Notes: generated by a model not told the origin, from the letters alone. 64,000 bases of DNA from Candidatus Babelota bacterium (GCA_013286795.1 JABDFA010000001.1:38195-102194), one strand, 5' to 3'; positions 17,503 through 27,636 are shown, counted from the first letter of the stretch. Numbers and translations are program-made.

Positions 17503-18344
17503 GATATTACATTTTCAATAAACTTGCTGATATCTACTATTTTAATTTTTCCTTGAGATTTTCGATTAAGAGTATTAGTAACATAAATATTTTTTAATGT
17601 GCTATCTTCGAGTCTTTCATATGATCCGCTTGCAAATACCCCATGTGTTGCTGCAGCAGAAACATCTAATGCCCCTAATCTTTTAAGTTCATTACAAGCT
17701 TCAATAAGGGTACGGCCGGTCGATATCATATCATCAATTAATAAAATCTTTTTACCTGCAACATTACCCTCTATAGATTCAATTTTAGCAACATCTTTTT
17801 CAGGACGTATTTTATGTAAAAAAATTATCTCTTTATGACATTCATTTGCAACTTTTTGAGCAAATTCAACTGCGCCTTTATCTGGAGCAGCAACTGCATC
17901 ATAATTCTTTGCTACTTGGCAGAAAAAATCAAAATCTATAACATTTGTAACTTTCATAAATTTTTGTAAAACATCAAATGCATGAGCATGAACAATAATA
18001 GTTTTATTGAGTTTAAAGTTTTTTAGGATATTACAAATAAATTGCGCGCTATGTGATTCATCATGTTGTGCTATAGCTTGTCTTGCATAACCAAAATATA
18101 AAAATAATAGATTAATTTTTTTTGTACCTAAATATGTCAAAGTATCTAATAAAAAAAATAGTTCAAGAAGATTCTCAGCTGGTGGTTCAGTTGAAGCTAT
18201 GACCCAAACATCTTTTCCTTTAACATTTTCATTTATTTTTATAAATAGTTCACCGTCACTAAATTGCTCAATTCTGTAATCTGGTTTTGGCAAGTTTATT
18301 TTATCAGTAATATGATTGGCTGATTTAGTTGAAAAGATAATCAT
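17484..18344 (-). CDS. prs: Ribose-phosphate pyrophosphokinase (PRPP synthetase)-like
   Basis: 'FSDGELFIKINENVKGKDVWVI', 'LFLYFGYARQ' and the PRPP loop 'ILLIDDMISTGRTL' are present. Confidence 0.8.
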   Translation of the reverse strand: MIIFSTKSANHITDKINLPKPDYRIEQFSDGELFIKINENVKGKDVWVIASTEPPAENLLELFFLLDTLTYLGTKKINLLFLYFGYARQAIAQHDESHSAQFICNILKNFKLNKTIIVHAHAFDVLQKFMKVTNVIDFDFFCQVAKNYDAVAAPDKGAVEFAQKVANECHKEIIFLHKIRPEKDVAKIESIEGNVAGKKILLIDDMISTGRTLIEACNELKRLGALDVSAAATHGVFASGSYERLEDSTLKNIYVTNTLNRKSQGKIKIVDISKFIENVISHNPEG

Positions 18345-18973
18345 GAGTTTGCCTCACGTAATAATCTAATTGCTTCATCATCTTCAACTTGAGTAAAATT
18401 ATTATAAAATTGTCCAACACTTTGAAAATTTTCAGGAGTCATAAGACAAACTACTTCATCGGCATTATATTCTATTTTTTCTAAAGCTTCTTTGGATGAA
18501 ACTGGTAATGCTACTACAATTTTTTTTGGTTTATAACCTTTAATTAAAGATAGAGTTAGAAGCATAGTATTTCCGGTAGCAACGCCATCATCAACTACAA
18601 TAACAGTTTTATTATAAAGATCTAAGGGAGCCATTCCTTTTCTGTATTTTTCATTGCGATCTTTAAGTGTTTTACGTATAGAAACAATTTGATCTGCTAT
18701 ATAATCATGAAAATGTGGATTATCTTTAAAATTTGAATTCAAAACAACTTGCTGATCTGTAACTGCACCAATTGCATATTCAGGGTTTAAGGGAAATCCT
18801 ATTTTTTTTGAAAGAATTATATCTAATGGAATATTCAAACCTTTTGCAAGCACATAACCAAGTTCAAGTGCCCCTCTTGGAATTGCAAGAATAATTGCAT
18901 TGGGATCAGATTTATAATTTTGTAAATTTGAAAGTAACTTTTCAGCTGCATCATAGCGATCTTTAAACATCAT
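18341..18973 (-). CDS. Phosphoribosyltransferase-family protein
   Basis: 'FKDRYDAAEKLL..LAIPRGALELG' and the PRT loop 'VIVVDDGVATGNTM' are present. It shares a 4-nt overlap with prs. Confidence 0.8.
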   Translation of the reverse strand: MMFKDRYDAAEKLLSNLQNYKSDPNAIILAIPRGALELGYVLAKGLNIPLDIILSKKIGFPLNPEYAIGAVTDQQVVLNSNFKDNPHFHDYIADQIVSIRKTLKDRNEKYRKGMAPLDLYNKTVIVVDDGVATGNTMLLTLSLIKGYKPKKIVVALPVSSKEALEKIEYNADEVVCLMTPENFQSVGQFYNNFTQVEDDEAIRLLREANS

Positions 18974-19095
18974 TTTTTTGTATCCTTTTTTTATACAATT
19001 TAATAAATCACTATTTTAATAATCAATAAAACTTGTAAATTGTTATATTTTGTGACATTTTGTTTTTGGTTGTTATAGTTAAGTTTTTTGAGACT

Positions 19096-20028
19096 ATGTT
19101 GAAAAATAAAATTCTGTTTTTTTTGTTTATAGCTTTTGAATTAAGATCTGTAGATATGTATTTTTGTACAGCGTCTGATACAAAATTTTTTATATTTCTG
19201 ACTAATTTAATTGGAAGTATTCATAATACCAACTTTGATAATTTAAAAGAAATTGCAGTATTTGATTTGGGTTTATCACAAAATCAAGTTTTACAACTTA
19301 ACAGTATGCAAAAGGTGAAAGTTTACCAAGTTGAAAAAGTTCATCCTGATATTATTAAACAGTTTAAAACTACACCTTTGGGTAAACTTGTTCCTGGTTG
19401 GTATGCTTGGAAGCCTGTTGTAATAAAACAGGCTCTTGAGATGTTTCCATATGTTTTATATTTAGATGCAGGATTTTCTGTTTTAAAACCACTTGATGAT
19501 TTGTTTACGCATGTTAAACAAAATGGATATTTTCTTGTTACCAATGGAGAAGAATATATTGATGGACGATATAATCATGGTGTTTGGTGGCAGACTACTC
19601 AATATTTAAAAGATAAATTTGAATTAGATAAACCAGATAAAAGTTGGATATTATCTCAAGATTCTTTGATGGCCGGTTTTGGGGGATATTCTAGAAAAGC
19701 TCTTGATAATTTAGTTTCACATTGGTATGAAATGGCTAAAGATTTAAGAAATTTTGCAGATGATGGAACGACTCCAGAGGGTTTTGGAACGGCAAGACAT
19801 GATCAAGCTGTTCTTAGTTTGTTGTGTTACACTAAAAATATATCTGCTCATAAACTAGATCAAACTCAAAATACGCCAATCATTTTAAACGTCTATAATA
19901 TAAAAATTCCATTTTATTTAACATGTTTTGGTAAATACCTTAATAAAAAGACTCATGTGTTTCATACAAGATATTATCAAAATGAAAATGGTTTTTTTTG
20001 CAAATCTATAAGGTATAAAAATGTTTAA
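19096..20028 (+). CDS. Leader-bearing GT-A-like transferase, 'YFCTA' paralog family, copy 1
   Basis: The listed ORF starts at TTG 19060. The first ATG, at 19096, gives the leader MLKNKILFFLFIAF. The blocks MYFCTA.D..F, LIGSIH..NFDNLKEIAVFD, PGWYAWKPV.IKQAL.MFP, LKPLDDLF and DDGTTP.GFGT.RHDQ are shared with the 20021 and 37947 ORFs. Family membership is inferred from the pattern only. Confidence 0.6.
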   Translation: MLKNKILFFLFIAFELRSVDMYFCTASDTKFFIFLTNLIGSIHNTNFDNLKEIAVFDLGLSQNQVLQLNSMQKVKVYQVEKVHPDIIKQFKTTPLGKLVPGWYAWKPVVIKQALEMFPYVLYLDAGFSVLKPLDDLFTHVKQNGYFLVTNGEEYIDGRYNHGVWWQTTQYLKDKFELDKPDKSWILSQDSLMAGFGGYSRKALDNLVSHWYEMAKDLRNFADDGTTPEGFGTARHDQAVLSLLCYTKNISAHKLDQTQNTPIILNVYNIKIPFYLTCFGKYLNKKTHVFHTRYYQNENGFFCKSIRYKNV

Positions 20029-20965
20029 AAAAATTATCTTTATTATTATTATAATTTTTTCAAATTCTATTTTAAAATTGTCATCTGTAGATATGTATTT
20101 TTGTACTGCAGCAGATTCAAAATATTTTGATTATCTTGTGAATTTGATAGGAAGTATTCATAAAAATAATTTTGATAATCTAAAAGAAATTGCTGTTTTT
20201 GATATAGGTATGAATAAAGGAGAGTTGGATCATTTAAGTAAAATTCAAAAACTTAAAATATATCAAGTGAATTTAGTTCACCCTGATATTCTAAAACCTT
20301 TTAAAACTTTAAATGAAGGTAAAATGGTGCCTGGTTGGTATGCTTGGAAACCGGTTATAATTAAACAAGCTTTAGATATGTTTCCACAAGTGTTGTGGAT
20401 AGATTCAGGTTCTGTTGTATTAAAGCCTTTAGATGATTTATTTAAACATATTAAACAAAATAATTATTTTCTTTGTACAATAGGTAATGCAACTGAAAAT
20501 GGTAGATACAGAAATCCTGTAGAGTGGCAAACAACACAATATCTGAGAAAAAAATTTCAAATCGATACACCCGACAAAAATTGGATTTTACAGCAAGAAC
20601 CTATAAACGCTTCATTTATAGGAGTATCAAAAGAAGCGCTTGCTGATTTAGTATTGCCTCTTTATGAGTTTGCAAAAGATTTAAGAAATTTTGAGGACGA
20701 TGGGACTACGCCTGGTGGATTCGGTACATCTAGACACGATCAGTCAATTTTAGCTTTACATGTTTATACTAAAGGATTGAGGTTTTTAAAACAGGATTAT
20801 ACTCAAAACAATCCTATGCTTTTGAAAGTCGATAATCAAGAAGTTCCATTTTATATTACCTGGGACAGTGAAAGTGTTTCAGATAAAACCCACATTTTTC
20901 ATTCGAGATTTGATCTGAGATATACTACTCAATATAAACAGTTTGTGAGATATAAGAATGTCTAA
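20021..20965 (+). CDS. Leader-bearing GT-A-like transferase, 'YFCTA' family, copy 2
   Basis: Tandem paralog of copy 1. The start overlaps the upstream stop (AATGTTTAA). The leader is MFKKIIFIIIIIFSNSIL. Confidence 0.6.
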   Translation: MFKKIIFIIIIIFSNSILKLSSVDMYFCTAADSKYFDYLVNLIGSIHKNNFDNLKEIAVFDIGMNKGELDHLSKIQKLKIYQVNLVHPDILKPFKTLNEGKMVPGWYAWKPVIIKQALDMFPQVLWIDSGSVVLKPLDDLFKHIKQNNYFLCTIGNATENGRYRNPVEWQTTQYLRKKFQIDTPDKNWILQQEPINASFIGVSKEALADLVLPLYEFAKDLRNFEDDGTTPGGFGTSRHDQSILALHVYTKGLRFLKQDYTQNNPMLLKVDNQEVPFYITWDSESVSDKTHIFHSRFDLRYTTQYKQFVRYKNV

Positions 20966-22499
20966 GCTAAAACTTATATTTTTGTTATTATTAATATTTT
21001 CAAAAATAAATTGTTTAAAAATAGATAGAGTAATTCTAGCTACTGATAATAATCCAAATTATATCCAGTTTTGGCCCATAGTTTCAAAAGCATGGAAAAA
21101 TATTGTTGGAGTTAAGCCAACTTTAGCTTTAATAGCAGACAAGTCTGTAAAAGTTGATGAAACATTAGGTGATGTAATTCGTTTTGAACCTATTCCTGGA
21201 GTTTCCACCGCATTATATGCACAGTGTATACGTCTTTTACTTCCAGCATATTTTGAGGAAGATGGTTGTATTTTGTCTGATATTGATATGGTTCCATTAA
21301 ATAAAAATTATTTTTTGGATTCAGTAAAAAATGTTTCAGATAATTGTTTTATAACCTATAGACAATGGACAATCGAAACAGCAGGTAATGAAGAAGTTAA
21401 ATTTCCAATGTGTTATAATGCAGCTAAGGGAAAAGTTTTTAAAGAAGTTTTTAAGATTTCCGATCCAAAAGAGATACCAAAAATAATAAAATCTTGGAGT
21501 GCATTGAATCTTGGTTGGAATACAGATGAGATAATTTTATGTAAATCTTTATTTGAATGGAAAGATTATACTACTAGATGTGTCAATTTAGGCCATTCTG
21601 TTACAGATAGAATAGACAGAATAGGATGGGGTTATAATTCTGATTTATTAAAAAAGGGTAATTATGTAGATATGCACTGCCCTAGGCCATATACTAAATA
21701 TAAAAGCTTTATAGACAAAGTTTTAAGTCATATTGGATTAGAAAATCAAATTAATAAAAAACATAAATTTGTTATAGTTACTACATCTTTTAATAATGAA
21801 AAGTGGTATCTGAAAAATTTGGATTCTATTTTTGGCCAGAATTATACCAATTATAGAGTTATATATATAAATGATATTTCTACGGATAAAACTGGAAAAT
21901 TGGTTCAGGAATACATAAGAACAAGATGTTTAGAGTCAAAATGTGCTTATATAGAAAATCAAGAAAAAAAATATCAGGTTCGAAATTTATATGATGCTAT
22001 TCACATGTGTCAAGATGATGAAATAATTGTTACAGTAGATGGTGACGACTGGTTGCCTGATGATAACGTTTTAACAAAGTTAAATAAAATATATAACGAA
22101 AATGATATTTGGATGACCTATGGCCAATATCAAAATTCACAGGGTAAAATTGGAGGAGCTTCCCCATACTCTGATTATGTAATACAAACAAGATCATTTA
22201 GAAAAGATGATTGGCGAGCTACTCATTTAAGGACATTTAAAGCTTTTCTTTTTAAAAAAATAAAAAAAGAAGATTTGATGTACGAAGAAAAATTCTTAGA
22301 TATGGCTGGAGATTTAGCTTTTATGATTCCTATGTTAGAAATGGCCGGTAATAGATCAATGTTTATTCCGGAAGTTTTATATGTTTATAACATAGATAAT
22401 CCATTAATGGAAAACAAAGTTAATGTAGCAAGACAGAATCTTTTAGCTGATATTACAAGAAATAGAAAACAGTATTCTGTTTTAAGTTTGAATAATTGA
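20958..22499 (+). CDS. Two-module glycosyltransferase (N-terminal GT-A-like module plus C-terminal GT2)
   Basis: The N-terminal module carries 'RLLLPAYFE..ILSDIDMVPL' (DxD-like). The C-terminal module is GT2: 'FVIVTTSFNNEKWYLKNLDSIFGQNYTNYRVIYINDISTDKTG' and 'VDGDDW'. The leader is MSKLKLIFLLLLIFSKINC. It is a paralog of 24462-26024. Confidence 0.7.
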   Translation: MSKLKLIFLLLLIFSKINCLKIDRVILATDNNPNYIQFWPIVSKAWKNIVGVKPTLALIADKSVKVDETLGDVIRFEPIPGVSTALYAQCIRLLLPAYFEEDGCILSDIDMVPLNKNYFLDSVKNVSDNCFITYRQWTIETAGNEEVKFPMCYNAAKGKVFKEVFKISDPKEIPKIIKSWSALNLGWNTDEIILCKSLFEWKDYTTRCVNLGHSVTDRIDRIGWGYNSDLLKKGNYVDMHCPRPYTKYKSFIDKVLSHIGLENQINKKHKFVIVTTSFNNEKWYLKNLDSIFGQNYTNYRVIYINDISTDKTGKLVQEYIRTRCLESKCAYIENQEKKYQVRNLYDAIHMCQDDEIIVTVDGDDWLPDDNVLTKLNKIYNENDIWMTYGQYQNSQGKIGGASPYSDYVIQTRSFRKDDWRATHLRTFKAFLFKKIKKEDLMYEEKFLDMAGDLAFMIPMLEMAGNRSMFIPEVLYVYNIDNPLMENKVNVARQNLLADITRNRKQYSVLSLNN

Positions 22500-22509
22500 G
22501 GAGAAGGAA

Positions 22510-23595
22510 ATGAAGAAAATATTAATTTTTCTTATTGCTATATTTAGTACAGGTTTAATCTCTAGCAAATCAATTTTGTTTTATTCAGCAAATTGGGGTG
22601 ATATATTTTCAGATAATATCTCTTATTTTGATGGGTGTCCCATAAGCTCAAATAGAGATGAATGTAAGAAATTTCTATTTAATTTAAGAGCTACGTGTAA
22701 TTACTTAGGTTATGAAGTTAAGCAGGTATTTGATTTAAATAATATTAATAATTCTAATTTTGACTACCTTGTATGCTTTGATCTAAGACCGGAATATATG
22801 AACCAATTACCTAAATTCTCAAAAGAAAAGTTAATCGCATATTTATGGGAACCACCTACAACTTTATTGCATAATTATAATAAATCATATCATGAATTAT
22901 TTTGCAGGATTTTCACTTGGCATGATGATTTAGTTGATAATAAAAAGTATATAAAGTTTTTTTATCCTGTACTTAATTCATTAGATGTTGAAAAAAATAT
23001 AAATTTTAAAGATAAAAAATTATGTACTCTTATTGGGTCAGATAAATCATCGTCTGATCCTAACGAGCTTTATTCTGAAAGAAGAAGAGTAATAGATTTT
23101 TTTGAAAAATTAAATAATAATGATTTTGATTTTTATGGCATGTCCTGGGATAAAACAAAGTATAGAAATTATAAGGGACCAATTAGTACCAAGATTGATT
23201 ATTTAAAAAAATATAAGTTTTGTATAGCTTATGAAAACGAAAATGGCACTAAGGGTTGGGTAACAGAAAAACTATTTGATTGTTTTAATGCTGGTTGTGT
23301 ACCAGTTTATTGGGGAGCGCCAAATATTGGCCAATATGTTCCTAGTAATTGTTATATTGATAGAAAAAAATTTAGAAACACAGAAGAACTTTATCAATTT
23401 ATTAAAAATATTACCGAAGATGAGTATAACGAATATATTAAAAATATTTCTAATTTTATAGTAACTAGTAGTTCTTTTAAATATTCATGGGAAAATTTTG
23501 TTGATATTTTCTGCAAAAATCTTTTACCTGAATATGATAGAGAACTAGTATTTTCAGGACAAAAACTTGAACTTCTAAAGAGAATAGATAATTAA
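22510..23595 (+). CDS. GT10-family fucosyltransferase-like protein with leader
   Basis: 'YKFCIAYENENGTKGWVTEKLFDCFNAGCVPVYWGAPNI' is the GT10 motif. The leader is MKKILIFLIAIFSTGLISS. It is a paralog of the 1-957 gene. Confidence 0.8.
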   Translation: MKKILIFLIAIFSTGLISSKSILFYSANWGDIFSDNISYFDGCPISSNRDECKKFLFNLRATCNYLGYEVKQVFDLNNINNSNFDYLVCFDLRPEYMNQLPKFSKEKLIAYLWEPPTTLLHNYNKSYHELFCRIFTWHDDLVDNKKYIKFFYPVLNSLDVEKNINFKDKKLCTLIGSDKSSSDPNELYSERRRVIDFFEKLNNNDFDFYGMSWDKTKYRNYKGPISTKIDYLKKYKFCIAYENENGTKGWVTEKLFDCFNAGCVPVYWGAPNIGQYVPSNCYIDRKKFRNTEELYQFIKNITEDEYNEYIKNISNFIVTSSSFKYSWENFVDIFCKNLLPEYDRELVFSGQKLELLKRIDN

Positions 23596-24458
23596 TGTTA
23601 AAAATAAATAGATACTTAATTTTATTTATTTTTAGCGTTAAAATTTTTGCTGAAAATAAGGTCGATCTTATAGTATTTTCATATAATAGGCCAATGCAAT
23701 TGTATGCATTTCTTGAGTCTGTGCAAAAATTTGTAACCAATTTGTCTCAAATTAAAGTAGTCCATAGAATGGATGATAAATATGTTTCAGCTTATCAAGA
23801 AGTTCAAGAGCATTTTAAATGGGTAGAATTTTATAGACATCAAGATTCTACTGATTTTAAATATGTTACTTTAAAAAATATTTTTGAAACTTTTAATGAT
23901 TACGTTCTTTTTGCTGTAGATGATATCATAGTAACAGATTTTATTGATATAGATAAATGTGTAAATGCTTTAGTAGAATCTGAAGCTTACTGTTTTTTGT
24001 TACGGTTAGGTTCAAACATAAAAACTTCTTATATGATTGGCAAAGATAATTCTGCACCAAAAAATAATATCTTTAAAAATAATATTTATATTTATGAATT
24101 CAAAAATGGCGTAGGAGAATGGAATTACCCAAATAATCTTGATATGACTCTTTACAAAAAAAGTGATATTAAATCTGATATTTTTAGTCTTAATATGACT
24201 CGTCCAGGGAACTTTGAAGGCGATTGGGCTCTTATTCCTAAATTAGATAAAAAAGGATTATTTTTTGAACATTCAAAAATAGTTAATATACCAATGAATC
24301 TTGCTCAGGAAACGGGCAATAAAAACATGCGGCTTTACTCTACAGGTGAATTACTTAATAAATTTAATGAAGGTTATAAGATAGACATAAATGAGTTTTA
24401 TAAAATAAATAATGATTCACCACATATGGCATATGTTCCTAAATTTATAAAAAGATAA
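23595..24458 (+). CDS. GT-A-like glycosyltransferase (unclassified), paralog of 41224-42189
   Basis: 'DLIVFSYNRPMQLYAFLESV' is a GT-A N-terminal beta-alpha pattern and 'LFAVDDIIV' is a DxD motif. The leader is MLKINRYLILFIFSVKIFA. The junction with the upstream gene is TAATG. Confidence 0.55.
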   Translation: MLKINRYLILFIFSVKIFAENKVDLIVFSYNRPMQLYAFLESVQKFVTNLSQIKVVHRMDDKYVSAYQEVQEHFKWVEFYRHQDSTDFKYVTLKNIFETFNDYVLFAVDDIIVTDFIDIDKCVNALVESEAYCFLLRLGSNIKTSYMIGKDNSAPKNNIFKNNIYIYEFKNGVGEWNYPNNLDMTLYKKSDIKSDIFSLNMTRPGNFEGDWALIPKLDKKGLFFEHSKIVNIPMNLAQETGNKNMRLYSTGELLNKFNEGYKIDINEFYKINNDSPHMAYVPKFIKR

Positions 24459-24461
24459 ATC

Positions 24462-26024
24462 ATGTATAGAAAAAAATTATTTTTAAGTTTTATATTTTTA
24501 TGCACCTTTAATATCTATTGTTTAAAAATAAACAGAGTAATTTTGTCTACAGATAATAATCCGGTATATATGGAGTTTTGGCCAATAGTATCTAAATTGT
24601 GGAAAGATGTTATTGGAGTACAGCCTACATTAGCCTTTATTGCGGATAAATCAGTAAAAATAGATGAATCATTAGGTGATGTTATAAGATTTGAACCAAT
24701 TCCAGGTATTTCAACTGCAACATATGCCCAATGTATTAGATTATTGCTACCTGCTTATTTTGAAGATGAAGTTTGTATAACTTCAGATATTGATATGTTA
24801 CCAGTTAATAAAGATTATTTTGTTAATTCTATTAAAGGAATACCTGACGATTGTTTTGTAAATTATAAGAATGGTTATTATGAAAGAGATGGTTCTTTTT
24901 TGCAATATCCAATATGTTATAATGTTGCTAAGGGTAAAATTTTTAAAGAAATTTTTAAAATTGCTAGCATACAAGATATACCTTTAATTATCAAACAATG
25001 GGTAAGTAAAGGTTATGGTTGGAATACTGACGAAAGAATACTTTATAAGAGTTTGCATGAATGGTGTTATTTTAAATCAAGATTTATAAGATTGGGACAT
25101 CTGGATAAAGATAGAATAGATAGGTTTAGATATAGGGATCCTAAAGACGGAGAATGGTTTTTTCAATATGATGACAAATTATTACAGAATAATTTTTACG
25201 TAGATGCCCATTGCCCAAGACCTTACCATAAATACAAAAATGAAATTGATAATTTGGTTAATAAGTTAATTTTTAAATCTGAACTAGAAAAGCGAAATGA
25301 ATTTGTGATTATTGTACCTTCTTATAACAACGAAAAATGGTGCATAAAAAATTTAGAGTCCATTTTTAATCAGGGTTATTTAAATTATCAAGTAATATAT
25401 ATAAATGATTGTTCTACTGATAATACAGGCAAACTTGTACAAGAATATTTGAAATCAAAAAATTTAGAAAATAAATGTTGGTATATAGAAAATTTCGAAC
25501 GTAAAGGAGCTCTTGCAAATATATATCAATATGTTCATGCGTGTAAGAATAATCAGATAATTGTCCTACTTGATGGTGATGATTGGTTTGTTCATGAAAG
25601 CGTTCTGTCGATCCTAGATAAAGCTTATAAAAGTTCTGATATTTGGTTAACATATGGTCAATATATTGATACTAATTGTGTATTGGGCTGCGGAACTCTT
25701 TATCCAGAAAATATTATTAAAGAAAGATCTTACAGAGAAAATGAATGGCGAGCATCCCATTTGAGAACCTTCAGGGCTTTTTTATTTAAACATATTTGTA
25801 AAGAAGATTTATTATATGAAGGTAAGTTTTTCGATATGGCATGGGATTTGGCTTTTATGTTTCCTATGCTTGAAATGGCCGGCAAAAGATTTTGTTGTAT
25901 AGATCAAATTTTATATGTTTATAATTTAGATAATCCGATTAGTGATGCTAAGAAAGATAAAGATAGACAAGGTTTTTTAGATCGATACATTAGAAAAATG
26001 GCTAAATATGATATGTTAGATTAG
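24462..26024 (+). CDS. Two-module glycosyltransferase (GT-A-like plus GT2), paralog of 20958-22499
   Basis: 'ITSDIDMLPV', then 'FVIIVPSYNNEKWCIKNLESIFNQGYLNYQVIYINDCSTDNTG' and 'LDGDDW'. The leader is MYRKKLFLSFIFLCTFNIYC. Confidence 0.7.
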   Translation: MYRKKLFLSFIFLCTFNIYCLKINRVILSTDNNPVYMEFWPIVSKLWKDVIGVQPTLAFIADKSVKIDESLGDVIRFEPIPGISTATYAQCIRLLLPAYFEDEVCITSDIDMLPVNKDYFVNSIKGIPDDCFVNYKNGYYERDGSFLQYPICYNVAKGKIFKEIFKIASIQDIPLIIKQWVSKGYGWNTDERILYKSLHEWCYFKSRFIRLGHLDKDRIDRFRYRDPKDGEWFFQYDDKLLQNNFYVDAHCPRPYHKYKNEIDNLVNKLIFKSELEKRNEFVIIVPSYNNEKWCIKNLESIFNQGYLNYQVIYINDCSTDNTGKLVQEYLKSKNLENKCWYIENFERKGALANIYQYVHACKNNQIIVLLDGDDWFVHESVLSILDKAYKSSDIWLTYGQYIDTNCVLGCGTLYPENIIKERSYRENEWRASHLRTFRAFLFKHICKEDLLYEGKFFDMAWDLAFMFPMLEMAGKRFCCIDQILYVYNLDNPISDAKKDKDRQGFLDRYIRKMAKYDMLD

Positions 26025-26031
26025 ATTAAAT

Positions 26032-26991
26032 TTATATTTTATATCTACAATCATCTTGATATTTACTTATTAAATTTTTCCAATAATCAAAATGTAGCTT
26101 TTCTAATTTATATGTCTTATTTTTTATTTCTTTATATTTTTCTTGAAGAAAATTTTCAGTAATGTCAGCCCAATCATTAATAATTAAAACAGGTAAATTT
26201 TCAAAGAGTTGGTCAATTGAAGAGGTTTTAATTATTGGTATAGCGCCTAAATATAAAGCTTCCCAAGTTCTATGGCAATCCAACCCATTCCCTTGTGGAC
26301 TTAAAATAAATTTAGAGTTACATACATCTATTAGATAATCTAAGTAATCTTTTTTGGAATTTACTGTATAACAAAAGTTCTGGTTTTTAAAATACTCTAG
26401 AATTGGCTTGCGAATTTTAGGATTAGTGTCAATATTGAAATTTGAGTATAGAAAACATGTTCGTTCTTTTTTGTCTAAATTTTTTGAATATAGATTACTG
26501 ATAAGAATATCGTAATGTCTTCCCCAATGTTTGTTTTCTAAACCTATTGGTATAGGAATTAATTTTGGATGATTTGATAGGTTGCAATTTTGTCCAAACC
26601 ATGCAAAAATTTTTTTATCTTCAATATAATCGTGAAATTTTCCAGGGACACTAATATCCTCATTATGGGTTACTAGGATATATTTATGTTGAATTAATGG
26701 ATGCATGTATTTAAAAAAAGGTTCTAAAAAATTGCTGTTTACAAAAACAGAATCACCAAGCTTTACGGTTTCAGGCTTAAAGTCAAAATCTGTTTCATCA
26801 AAAATATGATCAGAAAATTTTCTAAAAGTATCTCCGGCAATAAAAGGGTACATGCCTGGTCTTTTAGAATGTACCAAAGGCACATTACATGAAGCTAAAT
26901 AGTTGACAAAAGATTGATCAAATTCTCTCGCTTTCCAAGCATTTAAATAAAAGCTTGTGATTAAAAATAGAAATATAAATTTTATTTTCAT
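26032..26991 (-). CDS. Exostosin-like (GT47-like) glycosyltransferase with leader
   Basis: The C-terminal 'SKFILSPQGNGLDCHRTWEALYLGAIPIIKTS' matches the exostosin-family signature (F.L.P.G....S.R..EAL..GCIPV). The leader is MKIKFIFLFLITSFYLNA. Confidence 0.55.
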   Translation of the reverse strand: MKIKFIFLFLITSFYLNAWKAREFDQSFVNYLASCNVPLVHSKRPGMYPFIAGDTFRKFSDHIFDETDFDFKPETVKLGDSVFVNSNFLEPFFKYMHPLIQHKYILVTHNEDISVPGKFHDYIEDKKIFAWFGQNCNLSNHPKLIPIPIGLENKHWGRHYDILISNLYSKNLDKKERTCFLYSNFNIDTNPKIRKPILEYFKNQNFCYTVNSKKDYLDYLIDVCNSKFILSPQGNGLDCHRTWEALYLGAIPIIKTSSIDQLFENLPVLIINDWADITENFLQEKYKEIKNKTYKLEKLHFDYWKNLISKYQDDCRYKI

Positions 26992-26997
26992 AATAGT

Positions 26998-27636
26998 TTA
27001 TTTTTTTGGGTCAAACCACCAAAAAGTGCTAACTACATGTATATTTTGGTTTAAGTCTTTGGCCATTTTTTCTACGGCTGTTCTTACGCTTGGCCACATC
27101 CAATCATCTCCACTTAAAATACCCCCCGGTTTAAGTTTTTTGTACCAGTTTGAAATATCATCGCATACATCCTCATATTTATGTGAAGCGTCTAGATAAA
27201 TAAAATCAGGAAATAAATTTAATGACTTTACAGCTTCTATACTACTCATTCTTATTGGAACAATCTTTTCTGCCAATCCTAGTTGACGCATGTTAGATAA
27301 AAATAGTGCATATAAATTTGGCAAATATTTTGAATAAACTGGATCATCTTTATGTTCTGGTGACCCGTTCCAAGTATCGATAGCATAAAGGATGCAATTG
27401 TTGGGCATATTTTGTGCTATAAATGATGTAGATAACCCCATCCAAGATCCAACTTCTACTATAGTTTTGGGGTTAATTTGATTCATTATATTTTTTATAG
27501 GCTCTCTGCTATATTCAGAAAACCAACCGTCTAAATTTAAAGGTAATAACTTGATCCATCTGTAGGGTTCCGGGTAATCGCCATTATTTGCGCTAATATT
27601 AAAAAATGCAAAAAATGTTAAAATTAAAAATATCAT
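26998..27636 (-). CDS. Class I SAM-dependent methyltransferase with leader
   Basis: 'IVEVGSWMGLSTSFIA' is motif I. 'IYLDASHKYEDV..LKPGGILSGDDW' is also present. The leader is MIFLILTFFAFFNISA. Confidence 0.7.
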   Translation of the reverse strand: MIFLILTFFAFFNISANNGDYPEPYRWIKLLPLNLDGWFSEYSREPIKNIMNQINPKTIVEVGSWMGLSTSFIAQNMPNNCILYAIDTWNGSPEHKDDPVYSKYLPNLYALFLSNMRQLGLAEKIVPIRMSSIEAVKSLNLFPDFIYLDASHKYEDVCDDISNWYKKLKPGGILSGDDWMWPSVRTAVEKMAKDLNQNIHVVSTFWWFDPKK

